A DNA stretch of 64,000 bases. Origin: Eledone cirrhosa. Taxonomy: Eukaryota. Made by a program: the position numbers and the translations under genes. Positions 40,201-52,644 of the stretch are shown one piece after another; within the stretch, counting starts at the first letter, position 1, and every line of letters begins with the position of its first letter. The stretch spans positions 2,542,001 to 2,606,000 of the forward strand of contig CAXHJY010000096.1 in assembly GCA_964016885.1 (NCBI GenBank). Direction: 5' to 3'. The notes below the pieces were generated by a model. That model saw only the letters and a list, made by a program, of their open reading frames with translations, was not told the origin of the DNA and did no database searches.

Positions 40201-42540
40201 AAAATCAGGCGGAGATAATTTGTAAAAAAAATCAAGGGGAGATAATTTGCAGCCGTCCAATGGGAGATAATTTTCAGTCGTCCAAGGAGAGGTAATTTCT
40301 AGCCGTCAAAGGGGAGATAATTTCCAGCCGTCCAAGGGGAGATAATTTTTTTTTAAAAATCAGGCGGAGATAATTTGTAAAAAAAATCAGGGGGAGATAA
40401 TTTGTAAACAAAATCAGGGGGAGATAATTTGTAAAAAAAAATCAGGGGGAGATAATTTGTAAAAAAAATTAGGCGTAGATAATTTGTAAAAAAAAATCAG
40501 GGGGAGATAATTTGTAAAAAAAAATCAGGGGGAGATAATTTGTTTAAAAAATCAAGGGGAGATAATTTGCAGCCGTCCAAGGGGAGATAATTTTCAGCCG
40601 TCCAAGGAGAGGTAATTTCTAGCCGTTCAAGGGGAGATAATTTCCAGCCGTCCAAGGGGAGATAATTTCCAGCCGTCCAAGGGGAGATAATTTTTTTTTA
40701 AAAATCAGGCGGAGATAATTTGTAAAAAAAAATCAGGGGGAGATAATTCGTAAAAAAAAATCAGGGGGAGATAATTTGTAAAAAAAAATCAGGGGGAGAT
40801 AATTTGTAAAAAAAATCAAGGGGAGATAATTTCCAGCCGTCCAAGGGAAGATAATTTCCAGCCCTCCAAGGGGCTATAATTTCCAGCGTCCAAGGGGAGA
40901 TAATTTCCAGCCAGCGAAGGGGAGATAATTTTTTAAAAAAAATCATTGGGAGATTTGTAAAAAAAATCAGGGGGAGATAATTTGTAAAAAAAATCAAGGG
41001 GAGATAATTTCCAGCCGTCCAAGGGGAGGTAATATCTAGCCGTCCAAGGGTAGATAATTTCCAGCCGTCCAACGGGAGATAATTTCCAGCCGTCCAAGGG
41101 TAGATAATATCCAGCCGCCCAAGGACATATTTTCCAGCCGTCCAAGGAGAGGTAATTTCTAGCCGTCCAAGGGGAGATAATTTCCAGCCGTCCAAGGGTA
41201 GATAATATCCAGCCGTCCAAGGACATATTTTCCAGCCGTCCAAGGAGAGGTAATTTCTAGCCGTCCAAGGGGAGATAAATTCCAGCCTCCAAGGGGAGAT
41301 AATTTCCAGCCAGCCAAGGGGAGATAATTTGTAAAAAAATCAGGGGGAGATAATTTGTAAAAAAAATCAGGGGGAGATAATTTGTAAAAAAAAATCAGGG
41401 GGAGATAATTTGTAAAAAAAAATCAGGGGGAGATAATTTGCAAAAAAAATCAGGGGGAGATAATTTGTAAAAAAAAATCAGGGGTAGATAATTTGTAAAA
41501 AAAAATCAGGGGGAGATAATTTGTAAAAAAAAATCAGGGGGAGATAATTTGTAAAAAAAATCAAGGGGAGATAATTTCCAGCCGTCCAAGGAGAGATAAT
41601 TTAAAAAAAATCAGGCGGAGATAATTTGTAAAAAAAAATCAGGGGGAGATAATTTGTAAAAAAAAATCAGGGGGAGATAATTTGTAAAAAAAAATCAGGG
41701 GGAGATAATTTGTAAAAAAAATCAGGAGGAGATAATTTGTAAAAAAAATCAAGGGGAGATAATTTCCAGCCGTCCAAGGAGAGATAATTTAAAAAAAAAT
41801 CAGGCGGAGATAATTTGTAAAAAAAAATCAGGGGGAGATAATTTGTAAAAAAAAATCAGGGGGAGATAATTTGTAAAAAAAATCAAGGGGAGATAATTTC
41901 CAGCCGTCCAAGGGGAGATAATTTTCAGCCGTCCAAGGGGAGATAATTTCCCGCCAGCCAAGGGAAGATAATATTCAAAAAAATCAGGCGGAGATAATTT
42001 GTAAAAAAATCAGGGGGAGATAATTTGTAAAAAAATCAGGGGGAGATAATTTGTAAAAAAAAAAATCAGGGGGAGATAATTTTTAAAAAAATCAGGGGGA
42101 GATAATTTGTAAAAAAAAATCAGGGGTAGATAATTTGTAAAAAAAAATCAGGGGGAGATAATTTGTAAAAAAAAATCAGGGGGAGATAATTTGTAAAAAA
42201 AATGAAAGGGGAGATAATATCCAGCCGTCCAAGGGGAGATAATTTCCAGCCGTCCAAGGGGAGATAATTTCCAGCCGTCCAAGGGGAGATAATTTCCATC
42301 CTTCCAAGGGGATATAATTTCCAGCCGTCCAAGGGGAGATAATTTCCATCCTTCCAAGGGGATATAATTTCCAGCCGTCCAAGGGGAGATAATTTTCAGC
42401 CGTCCAAGGAGAGGTAATTTCTAGCCGTCCAAGGAGAGATAATTTCCAGCCGTCCAAGGGGAGATAATTTCCAGCCGTCCAAGGGGAGATAATTTCCAGC
42501 CGTCCAAGGAGACATATTTTCCAGCCGTCCAAGGAGAGGT
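34246..42540. repeat. Rearranged HOR unit, 8295 bp, containing an imperfect 1966 bp re-iteration
   Basis: Marker at 34246 and 42541. ORF pairs 35454/37420, 35482/37448 and 36703/38669 are all offset by 1966. Confidence 0.8.
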
Positions 42541-45500
42541 AATTCCTAGCCGTCCAAGGGGAGATAAATTCCAGCCTCCAAGGGGAGATAATTTCCAGCC
42601 AGCCAAGGGGAGATAATTTGTAAAAAAAATCAGGGGGAGATAATTTGTAAAAAAAATCAGGGGGAGATAATTTGTAAAAAAAAATCAGGGGGAGATAATT
42701 TGTAAAAAATAATCAGGGGGAGATAATTTGTAAAAAAAATCAAGGGGAGATAATTTCCAGCCGTCCAAGGGGAGATAATTTTCAGCCGTCCAAGGGGAGA
42801 TAATTTCCCGCCAGCCAAGGGAAGATAATATTTAAAAAAATTAGGCGGAGATAATTTGTAAAAAAAATCAGGGGGAGATAATTTGTAAAAAAATCAGGGG
42901 GAGATAATTTGTAAAAAAAATCAGGGGGAGATAATTTGTAAAAAAAATCAGGGGGAGATAATATGTAAAAAAAAATCAGGGGGAGATAATTTGTAAAAAA
43001 AATCAAGGGGAGATAATTTCCAGCCGTCCAAGGGAAGATAATTTCCAGCCCTCCAAGGGGCTATAATTTCCAGCGTCCAAGGGGAGATAATTTCCAGCCA
43101 GCGAAGGGGAGATAATTTTTTTTAAAAAATCATTGGGAGATTTGTAAAAAAAATCAGGGGGAGATAATTTGTAAAAAAAATCAAGGGGAGATAATTTCCA
43201 GCCGTCCAAGGGGAGGTAATATCTAGCCGTCCAAGGGGAGATAATTTCCAGCCGTCCAAGGGGAGATAATTTCCAGCCGTCCAAGGGTAGATAATATCCA
43301 GCCGTCCAAGGACATATTTTCCAGCCGTCCAAGGAGAGGTAATTTCTAGCCGTCCAAGGGGAGATAAATTCCAGCCTCCAAGGTGAGATAATTTCCAGCC
43401 AGCCAAGGGGAGATAATTTGTAAAAAAATCAGGGGGAGATAATTTGTAAAAAAAATCAGGGGGAGATAATTTGTAAAAAAAAATCAGGGGGAGATAATTT
43501 GTAAAAAAAATCAGGGGGAGATAATTTGTAAAAAAAAATCAGGGGGAGATAATTTGTAAAAAAAATCAAGGGGAGATAATTTCCAGCCGTCCAAGGGGAG
43601 ATAATTTCCCGCCAGCCAAGGGAAGATAATATTTAAAAAAATCAGGCGGAGATAATTTGTAAAAAAAATCAGGGGGAGATAATTTGTAAAAAAATCAGGG
43701 GGAGATAATTTGTAAAAAAAAAATCAGGGGGAGATAATTTGTAAAAAAAATCAGGGGGAGATAATTTGTAAAAAAAAATCAGGGGTAGATAAATTGTAAA
43801 AAAAAATCAGGGGGAGATAATTTGTAAAAAAAATCAGGGGGAGATAATTTGTAAAAAAAATGAAAGGGGAGATAATATCCAGCCGTCCAAGGGGAGATAA
43901 TTTCCAGCCGTCCAAGGGGAGATAATTTCCAGCCGTCCAAGGGGAGATAATTTCCATCCTTCCAAGGGGATATAATTTCCAGCCGTCCAAGGGGAGATAA
44001 TTTCCCGCCAGCCAAGGGAAGATAATTTTTAAAAAAATCAGGCGGAGATTGTAAAAAAAATCAGGGGGGAGATAATTTGTAAAAAAATCAGGGGGAGATA
44101 ATTTGTAAAAAATAATCAGGGGGAGATAATTTGTAAAAAAAAATCAAGGGGAGATAATTTCCAGCCGTCCAAGGGGAGATAATTTCCCGCCAGCCAAGGG
44201 AAGATAATATTTAAAAAAATTAGGCGGAGATAATTTGTAAAAAAAATCAGGGGGAGATAATTTGTAAAAAAATCAGGGGGAGATAATTTGTAAAAAAAAT
44301 CAGGGGGAGATAATTTGTAAAAAAAATCATGGGGAGATAATTTGTAAAAAAAAATCAGGGGTAGATAATTTGTAAAAAAAAATCAGGGGGAGATAATTTG
44401 TAAAAAAAAATCAGGGGGAGATAATTTGTAAAAAAAATCAAGGGGAGATAATTTCCAGCCGTCCAAGGGGAGATAATTTTCAGCTGTCCAAGGAGAGGTA
44501 ATTTCTAGCCGTCCAAGGGGAGATAATTTCCAGCCGTCCAAGGGGAGGTAATTTCCAGCCGTCCAAGGGGAGATAATTTTAAAAAAAAAATCAGGCGGAG
44601 ATAATTTGTAAAAAAAATCAAGGGGAGATAATTTGCAGCCGTCCAAGGGGAGATAATTTTCAGTCGTCCAAGGAGAGGTAATTTCTAGCCGTCCAAGAGG
44701 AGATAATTGCCAGCCGTCCAAGGGGAGATAATTTCCAGCCGTCCAAGGGGAGATAATTTTTTTTAAAAAATCAGGCGGAGATAATTTGTAAAAAAAATCA
44801 GGGGGAGATAATTTGTAAAAAAAATCAGGGGGAGATAATTTGTAAAAAAAAATCAGGGGTAGATAATTTGTAAAAAAAAATCAGGGGGAGATAATTTGTA
44901 AAAAAAATCAAGGGGAGATAATTTCCAGCCGTCCAAGGGAAGATAATTTCCAGCCCTCCAAGGGGCTATAATTTCCAGCGTCCAAGGGGAGATAATTTCC
45001 AGCCAGCGAAGGGGAGATAATTTTTAAAAAAAAATCATTGGGAGATTTGTAAAAAAAATCAGGGGGAGATAATTTGTAAAAAAAATCAAGGGGAGATAAT
45101 TTCCAGCCGTCCAAGGGGAGGTAATATCTAGCCGTCCAAGGGTAGATAATTTCCAGCCGTCCAACGGGAGATAATTTCCAGCCGTCCAAGGGTAGATAAT
45201 ATCCAGCCGCCCAAGGACATATTTTCCAGCCGTCCAAGGAGAGGTAATTTCTAGCCGTCCAAGGGGAGATAATTTCCAGCCGTCCAAGGGTAGATAATAT
45301 CCAGCCGTCCAAGGACATATTTTCCAGCCGTCCAAGGAGAGGTAATTTCTAGCCGTCCAAGGGGAGATAAATTCCAGCCTCCAAGGGGAGATAATTTCCA
45401 GCCAGCCAAGGGGAGATAATTTGTAAAAAAATCAGGGGGAGATAATTTGTAAAAAAAATCAGGGGGAGATAATTTGTAAAAAAAAATCAGGGGGAGATAA

Positions 45501-48500
45501 TTTGCAAAAAAAATCAGGGGGAGATAATTTGTAAAAAAAAATCAGGGGTAGATAATTTGTAAAAAAAAATCAGGGGGAGATAATTTGTAAAAAAAAATCA
45601 GGGGGAGATAATTTGTAAAAAAAATCAAGGGGAGATAATTTCCAGCCGTCCAAGGAGAGATAATTTAAAAAAAAATCAGGCGGAGATAATTTGTAAAAAA
45701 AAATCAGGGGGAGATAATTTGTAAAAAAAAATCAGGGGGAGATAATTTGTAAAAAAAATCAGGGGGAGATAATTTGTAAAAAAAATCATGGGGAGATAAT
45801 TTGTAAAAAAAAATCAGGGGTAGATAATTTGTAAAAAAAAATCAGGGGGAGATAATTTGTAAAAAAAAATCAGGGGGAGATAATTTGTAAAAAAAATCAA
45901 GGGGAGATAATATCCAGCCGTCCAAGGAGAGATAATTTTAAAAAAAAATGAGGCGGAGATAATTTGTAAAAAAAATCAGGGGGAGATAATTTGTAAAAAA
46001 ATCAGGGGGAGATAATTTGTAAAAAAAATCAGGGGGAGATAATTTGTAAAAAAAATCATGGGGAGATAATTTGTAAAAAAAAATCAGGGGTAGATAATTT
46101 GTAAAAAAAAATCAGGGGGAGATAATTTGTAAAAAAAAATGAGGGGGAGATAATTTGTAAAAAAAATCAAGGGGAGATAATTTCCAGCCGTCCAAGGGGA
46201 GATAATTTTCAGCCGTCCAAGGAGAGGTAATTTCTAGCCGTCCAAGGGGAGATAATTTCCAGCCGTCCAAGGGGAGGTAATTTCCAGCCGTCCAAGGGGA
46301 GATAAATTAAAAAAAAAATCAGGCGGAGATAATTTGTAAAAAAAATCAAGGGGAGATAATTTGCAGCCGTCCAATGGGAGATAATTTTCAGTCGTCCAAG
46401 GAGAGGTAATTTCTAGCCGTCAAAGGGGAGATAATTTCCAGCCGTCCAAGGGGAGATAATTTCCAGCCGTCCAAGGGGAGATAATTTTTTTTTAAAAATC
46501 AGGCGGAGATAATTTGTAAAAAAAATCAGGGGGAGATAATTTGTAAACAAAATCAGGGGGAGATAATTTGTAAAAAAAAATCAGGGGGAGATAATTTGTA
46601 AAAAAAATTAGGCGTAGATAATTTGTAAAAAAAAATCAGGGGGAGATAATTTGTAAAAAAAAATCAGGGGGAGATAATTTGTTTAAAAAATCAAGGGGAG
46701 ATAATTTGCAGCCGTCCAAGGGGAGATAATTTTCAGCCGTCCAAGGAGAGGTAATTTCTAGCCGTTCAAGGGGAGATAATTTCCAGCCGTCCAAGGGGAG
46801 ATAATTTCCAGCCGTCCAAGGGGAGATAATTTTTTTTTAAAAATCAGGCGGAGATAATTTGTAAAAAAAAATCAGGGGGAGATAATTCGTAAAAAAAAAT
46901 CAGGGGGAGATAATTTGTAAAAAAAATCAAGGGGAGATAATTTCCAGCCGTCCAAGGGAAGATAATTTCCAGCCCTCCAAGGGGCTATAATTTCCAGCGT
47001 CCAAGGGGAGATAATTTCCAGCCAGCGAAGGGGAGATAATTTTTAAAAAAAAATCATTGGGAGATTTGTAAAAAAAATCAGGGGGAGATAATTTGTAAAA
47101 AAAATCAAGGGGAGATAATTTCCAGCCGTCCAAGGGGAGGTAATATCTAGCCGTCCAAGGGTAGATAATTTCCAGCCGTCCAACGGGAGATAATTTCCAG
47201 CCGTCCAAGGGTAGATAATATCCAGCCGCCCAAGGACATATTTTCCAGCCGTCCAAGGAGAGGTAATTTCTAGCCGTCCAAGGGGAGATAATTTCCAGCC
47301 GTCCAAGGGTAGATAATATCCAGCCGTCCAAGGACATATTTTCCAGCCGTCCAAGGAGAGGTAACTTCTAGCCGTCCAAGGGGAGATAAATTCCAGCCTC
47401 CAAGGGGAGATAATTTCCAGCCAGCCAAGGGGAGATAATTTGTAAAAAAATCAGGGGGAGATAATTTGTAAAAAAAATCAGGGGGAGATAATTTGTAAAA
47501 AAAAATCAGGGGGAGATAATTTGTAAAAAAAAATCAGGGGGAGATAATTTGCAAAAAAAATCAGGGGGAGATAATTTGTAAAAAAAAATCAGGGGTAGAT
47601 AATTTGTAAAAAAAAATCAGGGGGAGATAATTTGTAAAAAAAAATCAGGGGGAGATAATTTGTAAAAAAAATCAAGGGGAGATAATTTCCAGCCGTCCAA
47701 GGAGAGATAATTTAAAAAAAAATCAGGCGGAGATAATATGTAAAAAAAAATCAGGGGGAGATAATTTGTAAAAAAAAATCAGGGGGAGATAATTTGTAAA
47801 AAAAAATCAGGGGGAGATAATTTGTAAAAAAAATCAGGAGGAGATAATTTGTAAAAAAAATCAAGGGGAGATAATTTCCAGCCGTCCAAGGAGAGATAAT
47901 TTAAAAAAAAATCAGGCGGAGATAATTTGTAAAAAAAAATCAGGGGGAGATAATTTGTAAAAAAAAATCAGGGGGAGATAATTTGTAAAAAAAATCAAGG
48001 GGAGATAATTTCCAGCCGTCCAAGGGGAGATAATTTTCAGCCGTCCAAGGGGAGATAATTTCCCGCCAGCCAAGGGAAGATAATATTCAAAAAAATCAGG
48101 CGGAGATAATTTGTAAAAAAATCAGGGGGAGATAATTTGTAAAAAAATCAGGGGGAGATAATTTGTAAAAAAAAAAATCAGGGGGAGATAATTTTTAAAA
48201 AAAATCAGGGGGAGATAATTTGTAAAAAAAAATCTGGGGTAGATAATTTGTAAAAAAAAATCAGGGGGAGATAATTTGTAAAAAAAAATCAGGGGGAGAT
48301 AATTTGTAAAAAAAATGAAAGGGGAGATAATATCCAGCCGTCCAAGGGGAGATAATTTCCAGCCGTCCAAGGGGAGATAATTTCCAGCCGTCCAAGGGGA
48401 GATAATTTCCATCCTTCCAAGGGGATATAATTTCCAGCCGTCCAAGGGGAGATAATTTCCATCCTTCCAAGGGGATATAATTTCCAGCCGTCCAAGGGGA

Positions 48501-51500
48501 GATAATTTTCAGCCGTCCAAGGAGAGGTAATTTCTAGCCGTCCAAGGAGAGATAATTTCCAGCCGTCCAAGGGGAGATAATTTCCAGCCGTCCAAGGGGA
48601 GATAATTTCCAGCCGTCCAAGGAGACATATTTTCCAGCCGTCCAAGGAGAGGTAATTCCTAGCCGTCCAAGGGGAGATAAATTCCAGCCTCCAAGGGGAG
48701 ATAATTTCCAGCCAGCCAAGGGGAGATAATTTGTAAAAAAAATCAGGGGGAGATAATTTGTAAAAAAAATCAGGGGGAGATAATTTGTAAAAAAAAATCA
48801 GGGGGAGATAATTTGTAAAAAATAATCAGGGGGAGATAATTTGTAAAAAAAATCAAGGGGAGATAATTTCCAGCCGTCCAAGGGGAGATAATTTTCAGCC
48901 GTCCAAGGGGAGATAATTTCCCGCCAGCCAAGGGAAGATAATATTTAAAAAAATTAGGCGGAGATAATTTGTAAAAAAAATCAGGGGGAGATAATTTGTA
49001 AAAAAATCAGGGGGAGATAATTTGTAAAAAAAATCAGGGGGAGATAATTTGTAAAAAAAATCAGGGGGAGATAATTTGTAAAAAAAAATCAGGGGGAGAT
49101 AATTTGTAAAAAAAATCAAGGGGAGATAATTTCCAGCCGTCCAAGGGAAGATAATTTCCAGCCCTCCAAGGGGCTATAATTTCCAGCGTCCAAGGGGAGA
49201 TAATTTCCAGCCAGCGAAGGGGAGATAATTTTTTTTAAAAAATCATTGGGAGATTTGTAAAAAAAATCAGGGGGAGATAATTTGTAAAAAAAATCAAGGG
49301 GAGATAATTTCCAGCCGTCCAAGGGGAGGTAATATCTAGCCGTCCAAGGGGAGATAATTTCCAGCCGTCCAAGGGGAGATAATTTCCAGCCGTCCAAGGG
49401 TAGATAATATCCAGCCGTCCAAGGACATATTTTCCAGCCGTCCAAGGAGAGGTAATTTCTAGCCGTCCAAGGGGAGATAAATTCCAGCCTCCAAGGTGAG
49501 ATAATTTCCAGCCAGCCAAGGGGAGATAATTTGTAAAAAAATCAGGGGGAGATAATTTGTAAAAAAAATCAGGGGGAGATAATTTGTAAAAAAAAATCAG
49601 GGGGAGATAATTTGTAAAAAAAATCAGGGGGAGATAATTTGTAAAAAAAAATCAGGGGGAGATAATTTGTAAAAAAAATCAAGGGGAGATAATTTCCAGC
49701 CGTCCAAGGGGAGATAATTTCCCGCCAGCCAAGGGAAGATAATATTTAAAAAAATCAGGCGGAGATAATTTGTAAAAAAAATCAGGGGGAGATAATTTGT
49801 AAAAAAATCAGGGGGAGATAATTTGTAAAAAAAAAATCAGGGGGAGATAATTTGTAAAAAAAATCAGGGGGAGATAATTTGTAAAAAAAAATCAGGGGTA
49901 GATAAATTGTAAAAAAAAATCAGGGGGAGATAATTTGTAAAAAAAATCAGGGGGAGATAATTTGTAAAAAAAATGAAAGGGGAGATAATATCCAGCCGTC
50001 CAAGGGGAGATAATTTCCAGCCGTCCAAGGGGAGATAATTTCCAGCCGTCCAAGGGGAGATAATTTCCATCCTTCCAAGGGGATATAATTTCCAGCCGTC
50101 CAAGGGGAGATAATTTCCCGCCAGCCAAGGGAAGATAATTTTTAAAAAAATCAGGCGGAGATTGTAAAAAAAATCAGGGGGGAGATAATTTGTAAAAAAA
50201 TCAGGGGGAGATAATTTGTAAAAAATAATCAGGGGGAGATAATTTGTAAAAAAAAATCAAGGGGAGATAATTTCCAGCCGTCCAAGGGGAGATAATTTCC
50301 CGCCAGCCAAGGGAAGATAATATTTAAAAAAATTAGGCGGAGATAATTTGTAAAAAAAATCAGGGGGAGATAATTTGTAAAAAAATCAGGGGGAGATAAT
50401 TTGTAAAAAAAATCAGGGGGAGATAATTTGTAAAAAAAATCATGGGGAGATAATTTGTAAAAAAAAATCAGGGGTAGATAATTTGTAAAAAAAAATCAGG
50501 GGGAGATAATTTGTAAAAAAAAATCAGGGGGAGATAATTTGTAAAAAAAATCAAGGGGAGATAATTTCCAGCCGTCCAAGGGGAGATAATTTTCAGCTGT
50601 CCAAGGAGAGGTAATTTCTAGCCGTCCAAGGGGAGATAATTTCCAGCCGTCCAAGGGGAGGTAATTTCCAGCCGTCCAAGGGGAGATGATTTTAAAAAAA
50701 AAATCAGGCGGAGATAATTTGTAAAAAAAATCAAGGGGAGATAATTTGCAGCCGTCCAAGGGGAGATAATTTTCAGTCGTCCAAGGAGAGGTAATTTCTA
50801 GCCGTCCAAGAGGAGATAATTGCCAGCCGTCCAAGGGGAGATAATTTCCAGCCGTCCAAGGGGAGATAATTTTTTTTAAAAAATCAGGCGGAGATAATTT
50901 GTAAAAAAAATCAGGGGGAGATAATTTGTAAAAAAAATCAGGGGGAGATAATTTGTAAAAAAAAATCAGGGGTAGATAATTTGTAAAAAAAAATCAGGGG
51001 GAGATAATTTGTAAAAAAAATCAAGGGGAGATAATTTCCAGCCGTCCAAGGGAAGATAATTTCCAGCCCTCCAAGGGGCTATAATTTCCAGCGTCCAAGG
51101 GGAGATAATTTCCAGCCGTCCAAGGGGAGGTAATATCTAGCCGTCCAAGGGTAGATAATTTCCAGCCGTCCAACGGGAGATAATTTCCAGCCGTCCAAGG
51201 GTAGATAATATCCAGCCGCCCAAGGACATATTTTCCAGCCGTCCAAGGAGAGGTAATTTCTAGCCGTCCAAGGGGAGATAATTTCCAGCCGTCCAAGGGT
51301 AGATAATATCCAGCCGTCCAAGGACATATTTTCCAGCCGTCCAAGGAGAGGTAATTTCTAGCCGTCCAAGGGGAGATAAATTCCAGCCTCCAAGGGGAGA
51401 TAATTTCCAGCCAGCCAAGGGGAGATAATTTGTAAAAAAATCAGGGGGAGATAATTTGTAAAAAAAATCAGGGGGAGATAATTTGTAAAAAAAAATCAGG

Positions 51501-51900
51501 GGGAGATAATTTGTAAAAAAAAATCAGGGGGAGATAATTTGCAAAAAAAATCAGGGGGAGATAATTTGTAAAAAAAAATCAGGGGTAGATAATTTGTAAA
51601 AAAAAATCAGGGGGAGATAATTTGTAAAAAAAAATCAGGGGGAGATAATTTGTAAAAAAAATCAAGGGGAGATAATTTCCAGCCGTCCAAGGAGAGATAA
51701 TTTAAAAAAAAATCAGGCGGAGATAATTTGTAAAAAAAAATCAGGGGGAGATAATTTGTAAAAAAAAATCAGGGGGAGATAATTTGTAAAAAAAAATCAG
51801 GGGGAGATAATTTGTAAAAAAAATCAGGAGGAGATAATTTGTAAAAAAAATCAAGGGGAGATAATTTCCAGCCGTCCAAGGAGAGATAATTTAAAAAAAA
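39600..51900. repeat. Tandem duplication of ~6113 bp (boundaries approximate)
   Basis: Offset of 6113 for ORFs 42148/48261, 43751/49864, 44383/50496 and 44908/51021. Private variant GTCAAAGGGG at ~40305 and ~46419. Confidence 0.85.
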
Positions 51901-52644
51901 ATCAGGCGGAGATAATTTGTAAAAAAAAATCAGGGGGAGATAATTTGTAAAAAAAAATCAGGGGGAGATAATTTGTAAAAAAAATCAAGGGGAGATAATT
52001 TCCAGCCGTCCAAGGGGAGATAATTTTCAGCCGTCCAAGGGGAGATAATTTCCCGCCAGCCAAGGGAAGATAATATTCAAAAAAATCAGGCGGAGATAAT
52101 TTGTAAAAAAAATCAGGGGGAGATAATTTGTAAAAAAATCAGGGGGAGATAATTTGTAAAAAAAAAAATCAGGGGGAGATAATTTTTAAAAAAAATCAGG
52201 GGGAGATAATTTGTAAAAAAAAATCAGGGGTAGATAATTTGTAAAAAAAAATCAGGGGGAGATAATTTGTAAAAAAAAATCAGGGGGAGATAACTTGTAA
52301 AAAAAATGAAAGGGGAGATAATATCCAGCCGTCCAAGGGGAGATAATTTCCAGCCGTCCAAGGGGAGATAATTTCCAGCGGTCCAAGGGGAGATAATTTC
52401 CATCCTTCCAAGGGGATATAATTTCCAGCCGTCCAAGGGGAGATAATTTCCATCCTTCCAAGGGGATATAATTTCCAGCCGTCCAAGGGGAGATAATTTT
52501 CAGCCGTCCAAGGAGAGGTAATTTCTAGCCGTCCAAGGAGAGATAATTTCCAGCCGTCCAAGGGGAGATAATTTCCAGCCGTCCAAGGGGAGATAATTTC
52601 CAGCCGTCCAAGGAGACATATTTTCCAGCCGTCCAAGGAGAGGT

